DNA of 64,000 nucleotides from the human T2T-CHM13v2.0 reference genome, Homo sapiens. The notes beneath the pieces are model-generated. The model was not told where the DNA came from, made no database searches, and worked only from the letters and a program-made list of their open reading frames with translations. A program made the translations under genes and the position numbers. The stretch is from the NCBI RefSeq assembly GCF_009914755.1, contig NC_060928.1. The stretch is one strand, 5' to 3'. Below, in pieces: positions 1 through 15,119 of the stretch (the first letter of the stretch is position 1; every line of letters begins with the position of its first letter).

Positions 1-19
1 TAAAATGAAGATTATGATT

Positions 20-115
20 TTGTAAGTCTCAGATGGGAGTTGAAGTTCTGCATTTCTAAAAACTACAGCCTATTCCAGTGCTGCTGGTCCTGCTGCCACT
101 CACTGAGTGGCAATG
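20..115 (+). mobile_element. MER5-family hAT-Charlie DNA transposon fragment
   Basis: tctgcatttctaa...gctgctggtcc...ca..ctgagtggcaa resembles the MER5A/B terminal region. Confidence 0.55.
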
Positions 116-670
116 GCATCAAGTATGATTTAACTCGACAAACATAAATACAAATGAAGGTTAAACTGACATTGTTTCTTCATGAAAGAATTGACAGTTT
201 ATCATGAAATTACAAGTGAGGTCACTGCTGAGAAATAGTATGGAAAGCTAGAAGAGTATTCAGAGGAGAGAAAGACTAAAGAGAATGAGACTTGTTTTCA
301 AAAAAGAAAATGAGTAAAATAGTTTTAATGAAACTTTGCAAACATCTGCTATTACGGAAAGTATGAAGACATTGAGTCCATACAATGGAGAGTCGATATT
401 CAAATAAATTAACACTTTCAAAATATCATCTACAAACTTTTAGTGTTTTTGTTTTTTATTTCCTGTTGCTTATTACCCCACCTCTCACTTCCCCATTGTT
501 GCACAAAGCAGATAATTGAAGAAGCTGTGAAATGCAAATAAATTTAGTAGGCCTGCTTGTTAATAACTTAAGGAAGATTTTGATATAAAAAGAAGTTGGA
601 AATTTAATTGTTCAAATGAGATTTTGGGATTTGCTTTAGATTTTATTCATGTGCTACTTTCTATTTCTAC

Positions 671-734
671 GTGATCTGCCCTCCCTGGCCTCCCAAAGTG
701 CTGGGATTACAGGCCTGAGCCACCGCGCCCGGCC
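671..734 (-). mobile_element. Alu fragment (first 64 nt of left arm only)
   Basis: gtgatctgcc...cctcccaaagtgctgggattacaggc.tgagccaccgcgcccggcc is the reverse complement of the Alu 5' end; no right arm or tail. Confidence 0.9.
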
Positions 735-1539
735 CCACTATTAAGTTTTATATAACCTACAACACATTTTTTTCGGAAAAGACAAAACATTTCAGGATGT
801 GATTCCCCAGTCATATAAGCAAATTGTTACATTGATGGATAGCTCCACTAGACAGCGCCTTCTTATATTGAAATGAAAGTTCACCTTTCATTCGATAGTT
901 TGAGCCCATTTCTGTAGTTCTGTGGAACATAATTCTAATTCCTCCTCCAGGTTCCACATTTTCAAAAAGAGAAATCATGTTTCCAATTTCTCTAGAGCTG
1001 AATTCTTCAGCACTTGCAAATATTCCTCAATGACAAGAGTTACAAACACTGTTTACACTGCTATTAATTTGTCTTCATTCTCTGTGTCCTATACAGAATT
1101 GTACCAACGGCAGTAAATATCACCCTCAGTACACTGAAAAAAAGGATCTTTCTTGATTCAAACACTATTATATATTAGTACAACCCAAGTTTATAATTAG
1201 TTTTTAAACCAAGAGTAGGCACCACGTAAGAATCTGTTTAGTTCAATAATACACTACTTCTCATTTGTTTAAATGAAAACTAGGTTCATGTCTCCTCATA
1301 CATTCTGTCCCTCATTTAGGCAACATATATTGGAAGAATGTGAAAAACTATCTACCAGTTACTATACAAACTTGGCAAGATATGTAATCTAATTTAACTA
1401 GTTTCCCTATTATGCACATGAAATAGACGTAATTCTATTTGTCCACAAAACTCGTATACATAAAAACAGTACGTGAAAAAAGATTATTCATAACAATTAA
1501 ATCTGCAAGTTTTCAAATTAGACAATTTTAGATTAAAAA

Positions 1540-1720
1540 TATAGCTCTGTTATTACTCTCTCTGACCATGAGTAAGTTTCTTAACCTCCATAACCTTCAG
1601 TTACATTGCTTATAAATATTTTATCGGTACCTAACTTGAATGTTTTTGAGGAAGATGAAATGAGATAATCTACATGGTATTTAGCATAGGTCCTGGCATA
1701 TAGTAAGCAGCTACTAAGAT
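1540..1720 (+). mobile_element. MIR SINE relic
   Basis: tgaccatgagtaagtttcttaacctc...aaatgagataat...agcataggtcctggcatatagtaagc matches the MIR core and 3' part. Confidence 0.65.
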
Positions 1721-1994
1721 ATATCTGTAATATTTACCCCTCATAAAGGGCCTAATTAAGAACAAATTTTAATTATTATATATTCTAATTAACTTAGGCG
1801 AAGCAAAACATGGTACATTTTAGAAAAATTTCAATTTAAAACAAATTTTTTAAGATTGACTGAAAGAATAAGGTTTGATTACTTTAAAAAAATTAAGTAG
1901 CTCATTTTCTTAGAGTACCAGATATTGCCATACACTTTGCCTAAAGATATAAATCTCAAATAATTCTCCAATACCTGATATTAAAAATAATAAC

Positions 1995-2364
1995 TAATAT
2001 GGTTTGGCTCTGTGTCAAAACCCAAATCTTACTTCGAATTGTAATCCCCATAAGCCCCATGTGTCAAAGGTGGGACCAGGTGGAAGTAATTGGATCATGG
2101 GGGTGGTTTCCCCATGCTGCTCTTGTGATAGTGAGTGAGTTCTAATGAGATCTGATGGTTTTATAAAGGGCTCTTTGCTCATTTGCCCTCTCTTGCCTGC
2201 CACAATGTAAGATGTGTCTGCTTTTCTCTCGCCTTCCACCATGATTGTTAAGTTTCTTGAGTCCTCCCCAGCTATGCAGAACTGTGAGTCAATTAAACCT
2301 CTTTTCCTTTTAAATTACCCAGTCTCGGGTATATCGGTATGGTAGTGTGAAATAGACTAATACA
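1995..2364 (+). mobile_element. THE1D-like MaLR solo LTR
   Basis: taatatggtttggctctgtgtc... to ...gactaataca; diagnostic aactgtgagtcaattaaacctctttt; 5-bp TSD ataac/atagc. Confidence 0.9.
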
Positions 2365-2515
2365 ATAGCACATTATTTGTATATAATACTTAACTTTGTG
2401 CTTGGCATTGTGCTAGGTCACTTGTGTACCTTCATGTGAACCTTAGATCAATCATCTGATGCAGTTACTACGTTTATTTTACAGAGGAAAGAACTGGAAT
2501 ATAGAGAGGCTATAG
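2365..2515 (-). mobile_element. MIR relic
   Basis: tgtgcttggcattgtgctag...attttacagaggaaagaactgg is the MIR reverse complement. Confidence 0.6.
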
Positions 2516-5257
2516 CCAGACTGTTTGAAAAAGATAGAAGAAAAATAAAACTTTATAAAATGAGGCCATTAAAACACACCTTGTTTGAAGAAAAATGATG
2601 AGTATATATTCTTTTCAGTGTCTAAAGTTTACCCAGGGGTTGAATCAGGACTTTGAGAAGCAAAGGGCAATAATAATTCACTCTACTGAACACACTGATT
2701 TAATACACTTGGTAGTGAGAGAATAAAATTCTTGGTACTCAGGGACAAAAAAAAATTTAAACTCAGTAAGTAAGAGCTAGAGGTTATATTAAATTCTAAT
2801 ATAGGCATAGGTGTCCAAAAGAATCAAGTTTAATGCCAGTGACATCTTACTAAACACAAACCTAACAACATTTTTGAATGTTTCATAGTCTTTTTGCTAA
2901 ATTCAATACAATAGAATAATATTATGCCATGAAAGCAGTCTGTTTTTCCAGATAGGTCATTTCTAATAAGGTACTTAGCCAAGCTTAAGGCTGGTTGACT
3001 TTCAAAAACACCGTGTATGTAAAGTTGTATTTATTACTTTTGTTTTGGTTTTAGCATTTTGCTAAGTAAAGTGAGTGCTTTCACTATTTCTTTAGGAATT
3101 AAGTAAACATAAAGAAAACAAGAAAGAAAGTAAGAAATCTGGCTTAAGTACATCTTGGGTATTCACAAAAGAGGTCAGCATTGCTTAGCAACTAAAATTT
3201 ACATATCTGGACAAAATAAATTCAAATTAAAATAGTAGCTCTCTTTCAGTGAAGAATTTTAAGCAAGGCTTTCCCTTTCACCTTATGCAAAATTCTTATA
3301 AAAGATTAAATCTTTGTTACTGATACATTTTTGTGTCAGCATTCCACAAAGTTTAATTTAAAATATGTAGAAACTTGAGTGCCTTGATGGTATCCTTCCA
3401 AGGCTGGAAATGTTATTCTCTGCTTTCTTTCATTTATAAAAATTAATAAGTTCAGGACCATTACAATGTTTTTTGGCAAGAAGCCAGATTCTATTCCAAG
3501 CTCCTAGTTTGCGACAATACTAAAGAGAGTTACTTGAGTGTCTGTGCTTTCCAAAAGCATTTTCTGATTGTGTTGAAGTATTTCTGAATTTTCTGTTCTT
3601 GTTGAGCCTCATCTTGTGCCTCTGAAGTTTTCAGCTCTGTTATTTACTTAGATCTTTAATCATGCATTTTCTTACGAGAACTTTGTAATATCAATAGCTC
3701 ATTCAACTCTCCTCTACTGAAACACTGTGGCACAGGTAGAATTTTAGGGAAACAAAGAGTTTTGATCAAAGAATTTTCCTGAAAGCCACAGCACATTTTC
3801 TCTTCCCAGTTAATCAGCTTGAAGCTTTGCAATAACTTATATAATAATTTGAACTCTTCAAATCAGAAATGACACAATTTTTTTGAGGAAACCTGTCCAA
3901 GTTGTAAGAAAGATTTTCTATGAGAGGCCGGTGCCTTGTGTAAACTACATAGAAGAAATAACAAAGTAAGGTTGTCCTTAACTGGAGCAAAAATATGATA
4001 ATCATAAGTAGCACAACTCCCTCTTGAAAAACATCAGATCATATTAGAGGTAATTGATACTAAGTCTCATTAATATTCTTCTGTATTGCTGGTGAGTCTT
4101 AATTCAAGTTAAATACATTTATGAAGACAAAACTTTTGGGTGCCATTGATTCAGTAAATAATACATTCTTAATTTGATAGCTGAGAAAATTTTTAAATGA
4201 TGTAATTTGATAAAATGCATATTTTATGCTACTTCTTTTAAAAGTCTCTCTCTATATATATATATGAAAAATTACACATGCATATATCTGTATATTGAAA
4301 GAAAATTTTAACTCTATCAATTACAAACTAAACATAAGAGCTTACTTTCTTATTACATACCTTCCAAAATATCTTTCTATCGGTTCTATAGATCCTTTGA
4401 AATAAATATTTAATCTGCAAAAACTCAAAGGGAATGGTATGCATTGATTGAAAAGTATACTTTAGCAAAATCACAGCTTACTCTTTAAATAGATCACAAT
4501 ATTAACCAGCAACAGCAATACTTAATAACCCTGATTGGAGAAACTTTCAGTTCAATATAAGACTCTTTTTTTTTTTTTTTAACTAACCCAGTGCCTAATT
4601 TTCTAAAAGTTAGTAGTAAAAACTGGAGATGGAACTTCTGGAAGTAATGGTGGCTTTGGCTCAATAATTCCTATTTTTGGCCCCTTAGCACTGAAGTCAT
4701 ATCCATCAAATGCATCTGCTCTTGGAACCAAGCTGGCTGTCAATGACTTCTACAGTAAATCCTTCTTCATTCTTGTCTAAAAGAAGGAACATGTTTTATC
4801 ACCATTTTCAGACTGAAACCCTGGGCTCTAGGCTAATTAGACTAATAAGAGAGAGATTACTCCATTAGTTGAGGCCAGAGTGCAATGCTCATCATGAGGG
4901 GGAGGTCTGCTTCCAATGAAGCACCAGGACAGTTTGGGAAGGAATTGTTCCTAGGCAACCAAAGCAAAAGTTCACACCCCAAAGGAATTATAAAACATTC
5001 TCTTTCTTCAGAAAACTCTTTTAAATTTTGAATGGCATTAAATAATGCAAATTAAAACATGAAAATGCCAATACAGATAAGAATATAATTAATACTTAAA
5101 TGTCAATATCAATAATAATGTTAAGAAGTCTATGAATTCATACCAATTCATCTAGTATAGACATAGTCTTTAATCAATATATGTTGAATAGATTAATTTT
5201 ACTGAATTAAATTAGAAAGCCTAGTTATCACTGTGTTCTCATTACAAAGCTGTTGCA

Positions 5258-5410
<153 letters not shown>

Positions 5411-5411
5411 A

Positions 5412-5442
<31 letters not shown>

Positions 5443-6049
5443 AGATATTAACTGGTTCTTATAAGATGTTTAAATTGGTGAATAGAAAAGGGAGAAAAAT
5501 ACAAGTAAAAATTTAGCAAGAATAAAGATCATATTAGAAGAGAAAATGCTAACTAATCCAACTTTAGTAGTGGATTCATAATATCAGAAGAAATACAGTT
5601 GAGAAAAAAATTAGGTTGAGACACATATTAAAGTCATTCTATTCTAAAGCATCTTTATTTCTGCTGGGAGATAGAACAACAGAAAGCTGAGAAATTAGAT
5701 AATTATGACTTATGATCTACAGTAGGGATTGTTTTGCCTCTTACTCTGAGAAGTGGGTCAAAGCTGATAGGATCATTTGAGTACTGAGAATTTACATATT
5801 TGAACATATTGTAGCCTAAGAAGAAAATTTCAAGATACCCAAAATTCTTCTTTGGAGAAACAAATCAACTGTTTCTCCTTGACGATAATAAATTTTGGCT
5901 GTTGACCCCAAAATTTAATTTTAAAATTATTGATATCTGTTTTTTCAAAATAATATAAGATAAATGATTTAAAAGTAAGTTGCATAAGAAAGCTGGGGTG
6001 AGAAGAAGACTTTCTAATTATTACTCAAATATTAAATGAAATTTTTAAA

Positions 6050-6695
6050 ACTAATACATTTTACTTAAAATATTATTTCACAATAAAAAATATATAAAAA
6101 AGTAAAAAGAAAATGACACAACTGTGAGAAAATATTAACAACATAAATCACAAAGGGTTAATATTTCTAATTTACAGAGAACTTTTAAAATTAATAAGAT
6201 AATGTTCAAAACTTCTATAGCAGTGAATAATATACATAGAAAATTTACAAAAGAGACATAAAAATAGCCATTAAGCATAAGATATAATGTTTGATCTCAC
6301 TCATAAAGAGAAATGAAAATCAAACTATAGGGAACTATCCCTTCTTATCCATTAGATTGTCAAAAATTAAAGGAAACCTCAATGCACAATGTTGGTACAA
6401 AAACAAGCTGTCTCATACATTGCTGGTAGAGACACAAAATAGTCCAACCTCTATGGAGGCAAATTTGACAATATTTAACAAACTTTGTGTTCATTTACCT
6501 TTTAACTTAGCAATTTCACTTCTAGGACTTTGCCTTGCAATATACCTCACTAATGCAAAATCCTCCAAGTTCATCATGGAAGCATTATTTGTAGCTGAAA
6601 AATACTGGTACTTACCTATATGCTGAAGTATGACAAATCATTGAATAAACTATGATGCATACACACAATAGAGTATAATGCAGCTATAAATAAAA
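6050..6695 (+). mobile_element. Old L1M (L1ME/MD-like) 3' region, part 1
   Basis: degenerate ORF2 3' motifs (gagaaaatatt..., tctcatacattgctggt, agcaatttcacttctagg); resumes at ~8380. Confidence 0.65.
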
Positions 6696-8379
<1,684 letters not shown>

Positions 8380-8760
8380 AATAAGGAACATATCTAGGAA
8401 ATCATGTAAAATGACTTACAGGAGATATTATTAAATTTTTAAAAAGCAAAGTCCAAAAGAGCATATTTAATATGCTACCATTTGCATAACAAAGAAAGGG
8501 ATATAAGAAGACATCAATATATCTGTTAATATTTGCAAAAAGAAGTACAGGAATAATAAGCTAAATGACAATGAAATTGGATGCACACAAGTGATGAGGG
8601 AAGTAGGTATGAGAGAGGTGGGAACATCACTGTTCTGAGTATCTTTCTATTTAGATTTTATTTTGGAATCCTAATAAGGTTCTACATGCCCAAACAATAA
8701 AATAAGATTAATAAAGATAAGAAAGGGAAAAATAAAACTAAAATAAAGGAAGGCAATTAT
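8380..8760 (+). mobile_element. Old L1M 3' region, part 2
   Basis: aaaaagcaaagtccaaaagagcata...atatgctaccattt continues the element broken at ~6695. Confidence 0.55.
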
Positions 8761-9286
8761 GTTTCCTAAGGAAAAATAAAGAAAATAAATTTATGAACAT
8801 AATTCTTAACTGTATACTATATACTGTCTTGGATGATGTGGGGGTATGAGGAACAGACCAGCAAATCTGTTTTTCAGAGGTTTGTTTGCTGGGAATGTAA
8901 GTATTTGGAGATAATGTAATCTAAGGAGAATTTCAGGGTCCCCTAAATTATGTCATAAGATTAAACAAACAAACCGTGTGCATGTGTATCTGTGTGTATG
9001 TGCACATTCACACAGGCGTGGCATGTATACACATCACAAAAGACTTTGAAATGAGCAAAAATATGTTCTTGGGTGTCTTGTCTAATTCACTCATCAAGGT
9101 TATCTCCATATTTATCTTGATCTATTTCACATATCTGTAAGTTGTAGAAAACTGAATGTAATGTGAATAATTCTTGCCCATGGAAATGCAAATTCATGCA
9201 TTTGTAATATAATTTTGAAAGTCTTTATTACTTGTATATGTCTCTGCTTTTTGAATTCTCTTTTGAACCAACTACAAAGTGTTCTT

Positions 9287-9672
9287 TGTATTAGTCAGGG
9301 TTCTCCAGAGGGACAGAACTAATAGGATTTATGTATATATGAAAGGGAGTTTATTAGGGAGAATTGGCTCACATGATCACAAGGCCAAGTTCCACGATAA
9401 GCCATCTGCAAGCTGAGGAAGAAACCAGTAGAGGCTCAGTCGAGTTCAAAAGCCACAGAACCAGGGAAGCCTACAGTGCAGACTTCAGTCTACGCCCGAA
9501 GGCCCAAGAGCCCCTGGCAAACCACTGTTGTAAGTCTAAGAGTCCAAAGGCCGAAAAACCTGAAGTTTGATGTCCAAGGGCAGGAGGAGGGGAAGGAAGC
9601 ATCCAGCACGGGAGAAAGAAGAAAACCAGAAGACTCAGCAATCAAGGTTATCCCTCTTTCTTCTGCCTACTT
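9287..9672 (-). mobile_element. MLT2B-family ERVL LTR (partial)
   Basis: tgtattagtcagggttctccagagggacagaactaatagga...ggaagcatccagcacgggagaaaga. Confidence 0.88.
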
Positions 9673-9739
9673 TAAAATTTATATTTTAACATGCTTTTTT
9701 AAAGCTTTTTATTGTGAAATAATTTCAAATTCAAGGGTT

Positions 9740-10033
9740 GGATCAGGTGCTGTGGTTCACGCCTGTAATCCTAGCATTTTGGGAGGCCAAGGTGGGAGGA
9801 TCGCTTGAGCCCCAGAGTTCAAGATCAGCCTGGACAACATGGTGAAACCCTGTCTCTACAGAAGGTACAAAAAATCAGCCAGGCATGGTAGAGAATCCCC
9901 GTAATCCCAGATACCTGTGTGGTTGAGGTGGGAGGATCACCTGAGCCTGGGGGATCAAGGCTGCAGTGAGCCAAGATTCTGCCTCTATGCTCCAGCTTAG
10001 GTGAGAGAATGAGACCCTGTCTCAGAAAAAAAA
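9740..10033 (+). mobile_element. AluJ
   Basis: dimer with J diagnostics (ggatcgcttgagccc, aggctgcagtgagcc, gagaccctgtctc). Confidence 0.9.
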
Positions 10034-10049
10034 GGTGGGAGGAGGGGCG

Positions 10050-11280
10050 TTGGAGGAATAAGAAATATTGATACACTATTTATGTTGATTCATTAATTAA
10101 TATTGTATGCTATTTGCCTTATTAATTGTTCTCTCTTTATATATAAGATTTTTCCCCAAATCATTTGAGAATATATTCTATTCAATGTGGTCCCCTATCC
10201 GTAAATATTTCATTGTATATTTCCTAAGAACAAGGACACTTTGATGACTACAATATAGTTATCCATGTCAATAAATTTAAAATTGCTGCACTACTTTATA
10301 TCACTCATATAATAATTTTTCAATTGATTTAGTAATGTCTTTTGTATAATCCATGACAGGATCAAATATACTCCATATGATTGTCACAGCTATTTTTTCT
10401 CTTTTATTTATAAAATGTTTCCACAGCCTTTCTTTGCCATTAATGACATTGACATTTTTGAATACTTTATATCCTTTAATTAGTTCACTTTTAATTGTGC
10501 CTCTTCTCTCATTTTTAGTTGTCCTGTGTTTTGTCATGATTAAATTCAGTGTATGTATTCCTGGCCAGAATATTACAAAACAAAACTGTGTCTTTCATAG
10601 GAGACAAACAGTGTCCATCTAGCCCTTATCTGTGATGTTAATTGTCAAGGTGTTGTCTGATTTTCTCCACGACATAGGTACTGATTTTTCCCTTGACACC
10701 ACTAAGCAATCTATCTGGAGACAAATACTCTTCTTCTCATCAAAATTTCTCCCTTGGTTTATTATTCATCAATCACTCTTTTTTGAACGAATCTTTAAAG
10801 TGAAGGTTATAAAATGATATTTTGCCAATCTTATTTCTCCCTTATTAATGAATTAACACTTGGCATTCTATAATAAAAATGTCTCCCTTATAATCCATTA
10901 CCTATCTATTTATTCATTTATTATCTATCTATCTACCTAACATCTAATTTATCTGTCATCTGTACTATCTGTTATTAGTATCATAAAATCAAATTTGTCC
11001 AATTGTTTATAACTAATTTCTCTACTGAATAACTTTGGTGTTGCATGTGATGCCTTAGATTTGGTGACAGGAGCTTCTGTGTACATGAGATACGTGCCTA
11101 CCATTTTTTGAGCACTTATATTATTTTTGGTATAACAAAATATCTCAGGCTCATTTTATACTTACCCTGCCCAAGATCTGAAAACGCAATTTCTTCAAAA
11201 ACCCTGGTTCTTTTTATTCGGGAAAAAGTATTAGAAAACTAGATCTGAGTGCTAGGTTTGCTCATTACTACTGGAAGAAT
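10050..11280 (-). mobile_element. L1MC4/5-like 3' region
   Basis: tcaggctcattttatacttaccctgccc...ccctggttcttttt...attagaaaactagatctgagtgctaggtttgctcattactactgg. Confidence 0.65.
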
Positions 11281-11840
11281 TTGCCTATATGGTAAAAGAT
11301 ACAAGGGAATAAATGTATGTATTATAGATTACTATAGTTTGTGTTTTCCTTCCCATTGTTGATAGCTCATTTTCTGGGCCGTTTTGCTATAGATAAGTAT
11401 TGTGTTGGCAGCTATATCTAGCTAAGACACTGCCCATATGTTGCTGTTATATTCACAATTCCCTATCTGTATTATTGTTTTAAGACATTTGGATTTTGGG
11501 TATAAGCACATTCCTGATTAAGAAAGAAAATCTTCAAGTTTAAAGTCCCATCATTCATTATACTTTTGCTTTGTTTTATAAAGAAATTTTATATTTTTTC
11601 TTCTTAACATTAAATGATAAGAGAGATACTTAAATTGAAGGTTGTATTCCTGTTTGTCTGTAAAGAAAACACAAATACATTATATATACATATATATATA
11701 TATAAACATATATATGTGTTGTTAATGTCATGCATTAGTGTTATATTTCATTTCAGGCCTACTATTTGTCTCCCAGCATAAATATTGACATCTAGTATCT
11801 ATTTTTAGGTAACACAAATATTATTTTTTGACTTAATCCA

Positions 11841-11932
11841 TTTGTTACCTCGATATATTGTGTGCTACTGAGGTTTGGGTTATGAATGATTCCGTCATCC
11901 AGGTAGCGAGCATAGTACGCAATAGTTAAGTT
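11841..11932 (-). mobile_element. Short L1PA16/L1PB-type 3'UTR fragment
   Basis: ttgttacc..gatatattgtgtg..actgaggtttggg...tcatccaggtagcgagcatagtacgcaatagtta. Confidence 0.7.
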
Positions 11933-12164
11933 ACAGATTAAGTCCAAAAATAAATATTTGAGTATTAATTTTGGAGTTTTGAAGGTCATACTTCAGTTTC
12001 TTCCTTCATTCTTATCTCAAACTCTCTTAAAGTTTTGTACTTTATGAGTCTCAATTTATATTTTATTTCTATTCTTTAAATTCTCATTTTTAGAGTCACC
12101 GTCATTACACCAATACTTGATGTATGCAGTTACATCTCAGGTATTTCAGTATAAAATCATTCTT

Positions 12165-13790
12165 TTATCAGTTGTCTATGGCCATGATAATGCCATATAG
12201 CAAACAACCGTAACACCTCAGTGGCATATAAAAATAAATATTTATATTTGCTCCCAAGACTATGGGTTCTCTGGTCAGTTGTTTTTATCTGAGCTGGGTT
12301 TAATTTGGCTCATGGATGCAATTGCTGTCAGCTGTGGTTTGACAGATCTTGTTTGGGCTCAGTCCCATGTTCGGGGGCTTTCCTAGGGCTTTTTATTTTT
12401 TCAACTTTTATTTCAGATTCAGGAGGTACATGTGCAGATTTGTTGCCTGGGTATATTGTGTCATGCTTAGGTTTGGGTTAGGAAAGATCCCATCACCCAG
12501 GTACTGAGTATAGTACCCAATAGTTAGTTTTTCAACCTTTGCCTTCCTGCCTCTCTGCAGACTGTAGTAGTCCCCAGTTTCTATTGTTGCCATCTTTATG
12601 TCCATGAGTACCCAACGTTTAGCTTCCACTTATAAGTAAGAACATGTGGCATTTGGTTTTTTGTTCCTGTGTAAATTTGTTTAGGATGATGGCCTCCGGC
12701 TGCATCCATGCGACTGCCAAAAACATGATTTCATTCTTTTTTATGGCTGTGTAGTATTTCATGGTGTATATGTACTACATTTTCTTTATCCAGTTTACTA
12801 TGAATGGGCACCTAGGTTGAATCCATGCCTTCCTATTGTGAATAGTGCCACAATGAACATGTGAGTTCATGTGTCTTTTTGGTAGAATGATTTGTTTTCT
12901 TTTGGATATATGCCAGTAATGAGATTCCTGGGTCAAATAGTAGTTCTGTTTTAACTTCTTTGAGAAATCCCCTAACTGCTTTTCACAGTGGCTGAACTAA
13001 TTTACATTCCTACCAACAGTGTATAGGTATTGCCCTTTCTCTGCAACCCCACCAGCATCTATTCTTTTGTCTTTTTAATAATAACCATTCTGACTGACAT
13101 GAGATGGTGTCTCATTGTGGTTTTGATTTGCATTTCTCAAATTATAAGAATCTTAGAAGAAAAGGCAGGAAAAAAATATTCTAGACATCAGCCTTGGGAA
13201 ACTATTTATGACTAAGTCCTCCAAAGCGATTGCAACAAAAACAAAAATTGACAAGTGGGACCTAATTATACATAAAAGCTTCTGCACAGGAAAAGAAAGT
13301 ATCAACAGAGTAAACAGACAACCTACAGTAAAGGAGAAAATATTCACAAACTATGCAGCTGACAAGGTCTAATATCTAGAATCTATAAAGAACTTAAACA
13401 ACTGAACAAGCAAAAACCAAATAACCCCATTAAAAATGGGCTCAAGACATGAACAGACACTTCTCAAAAGAAGACATACAAATGGCCAACAAACATGAAA
13501 ATGCTGGGGATTTTGAGTTGAATTGGTTCTGCTCTCTATGTCTCATCCTGAAGCAGGCTAGCCTAAGGATATTCTAACAGAGAAGGCAGTGGAGAAAGAG
13601 AGGATGACAGCATGCCAGCCCTCCTTCTAGTATTATCTAGTACCTACTTGTATCAAGTGGGCTACCATTCCATCAGTCATAGCTATTCACGTGGCTGAGC
13701 ACAGAGTCAATTTGAGATGGCAACCTCCAAAGGGAGAGGACATAGGAAAGCATGAGAAATCAGTACTATTCGTGAAAATAATTTTTCACA
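12165..13790 (-). mobile_element. Old MLT1 (H/I/J-like) LTR split by an L1 insertion (pieces ~12165-12389 and ~13506-13790)
   Basis: aacaaccgtaacacctcagtggcata...tttatatttgctc; second half caggctagcct...ccattccatcagtcatagctattcacgtggctgagc. Confidence 0.55.
12390..13505 (-). mobile_element. L1PA15/16-like insertion with 5' inversion (minus part 12390-13138, inverted plus part 13139-13505)
   Basis: T-rich tail then gtacatgtgcagatttgtt...gtagtccccagtttctattgttgccatctttatgtccatgagtacc; orientation flips at ...gatttgcatttctc|aaattataagaatcttagaag. Confidence 0.9.
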
Positions 13791-13857
13791 GTCCTAATCA
13801 TATTTTCCTACAGGATTTTTATTTCTTCTGTTTTACTCAATAGTACCTTTCATATAT

Positions 13858-14252
13858 TAATATTTTGGATATTTGCCGCCTATAAACGTCATGTTGAAAT
13901 GTAATCTCCAGTGTTGGAGGTGGGGCCTAGGTGGAGGTATTTGGACCATGGGGGCTGATCCCTCATGTATGGCTTAGTGCACTCCTCATGGTAATGAGTT
14001 ACAAGATCTGATTGTTCAAAAAGGCCTAGCATCTCCTCCTCTCTTTCTTGCTCCTTCTCTCATCATATGACATGCCTGCTCTCCCTTTGCCTTCCACCAT
14101 GAGTAAAGCCTTCTTGAGGCCTCACCAAAAGTAGATGCTGGTACCATGCTTCTTGTATAGTCTGCAGAATTACCAGCCAAAAAAATCTCTTTTCTTTGTA
14201 AATTCCCCAGCCTCAGGAATGTCTTTATAGCAATGCAAAATGGACTAATACA
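13858..14252 (+). mobile_element. MSTB-like MaLR solo LTR
   Basis: tcatgttgaaatgtaatctccagtgttggaggtggggcc...gatgctggtaccatgcttcttgta...atagcaatgcaaaatggactaataca. Confidence 0.88.
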
Positions 14253-14289
14253 AGCTATTTGCAGGGAAAAAAATAAAATTATTGAAATT

Positions 14290-15100
14290 GATTCAGTCTA
14301 TTAACGTATATTCATCAAGCACCTAATAATATGTGCCAGTGTAGAGTGTACATTCTAATGGTGGAACAGGCAAAAAAAAAAAAAAAAGACGTAAATGAGT
14401 GAAATATATAGTCAGATACTGTCAGATATTGATAAGTGCTAAAAACATAATTTAAAATGTGATGGGCTTGTTTTCAACATGTGCTCAGGGAAATCCTTAT
14501 ACATAAGAATAAAGAGAGAAACAAGTCATTAATAATATTTGTGTAAATTTCCTTATTTCCTCCTAGGAAGACAGAATAGCACTTTCAAAAACAGAAGCAT
14601 ATTGGTGTCTTACAAATACAGCAAGGATGCCATTGTGGCTATTGTGAATACTCAAATTGGCTAGCGGGAGGGGACATGAAATCACACCAGGTACTATATT
14701 TGTAAGACAGAATTTTGACTTTAATTCAGAATGAAATGGTAAAGAATGGGGGAACTTAAGCAAAGGAGTGAAGTGATCAGACTTACCTTTGGAAAGGGTT
14801 TTTTTCTAACTGCTGTGCTAAGAACAGACTGTAAAGTAAAATAAAAACTGAGGTTTTACTCACTGTAGACTTTGAAAACAGTAATTTCTTGGACAAGTGA
14901 GAGAAAAGCTCTGGTTAAATAGGATTTCAACAGAAGAGGAAAATAAAAATTGGAGACAATAGTATTGACAACTCTTTTGAGGAATTCTGTGTAAAGAGAA
15001 CAGTAGGTGAACAGAATGTGGTATCAAGACAGAGCTTTTACTTGTTTGATTTTTAAGACTGGGAAAATTCTAGCATATTTGCATGCCTATGGAAATGATT
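14290..15100 (-). mobile_element. L2 LINE relic
   Basis: attcatcaagcaccta...tgtgccag (L2 3' end, reversed), ttaagcaaaggagtgaagtgatcagactta, aaattggagacaatagtattgacaactcttttgag. Confidence 0.65.
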
Positions 15101-15119
15101 CACAAAAAATCAAATAAAA

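Noticed and set aside
820-1030. Minus-strand open frame GIFASAEEFSSREIGNMISLFENVEPGGGIRIMFHRTTEMGSNYRMK...
   Set aside because: No recognisable homology, bounded by stops, and out of frame with the candidate spliced ORF.
2085-2100. DUX4 sites in the THE1 LTRs (also ~30143)
   Set aside because: taattggatca and taatcagatca both break the AATCA core.
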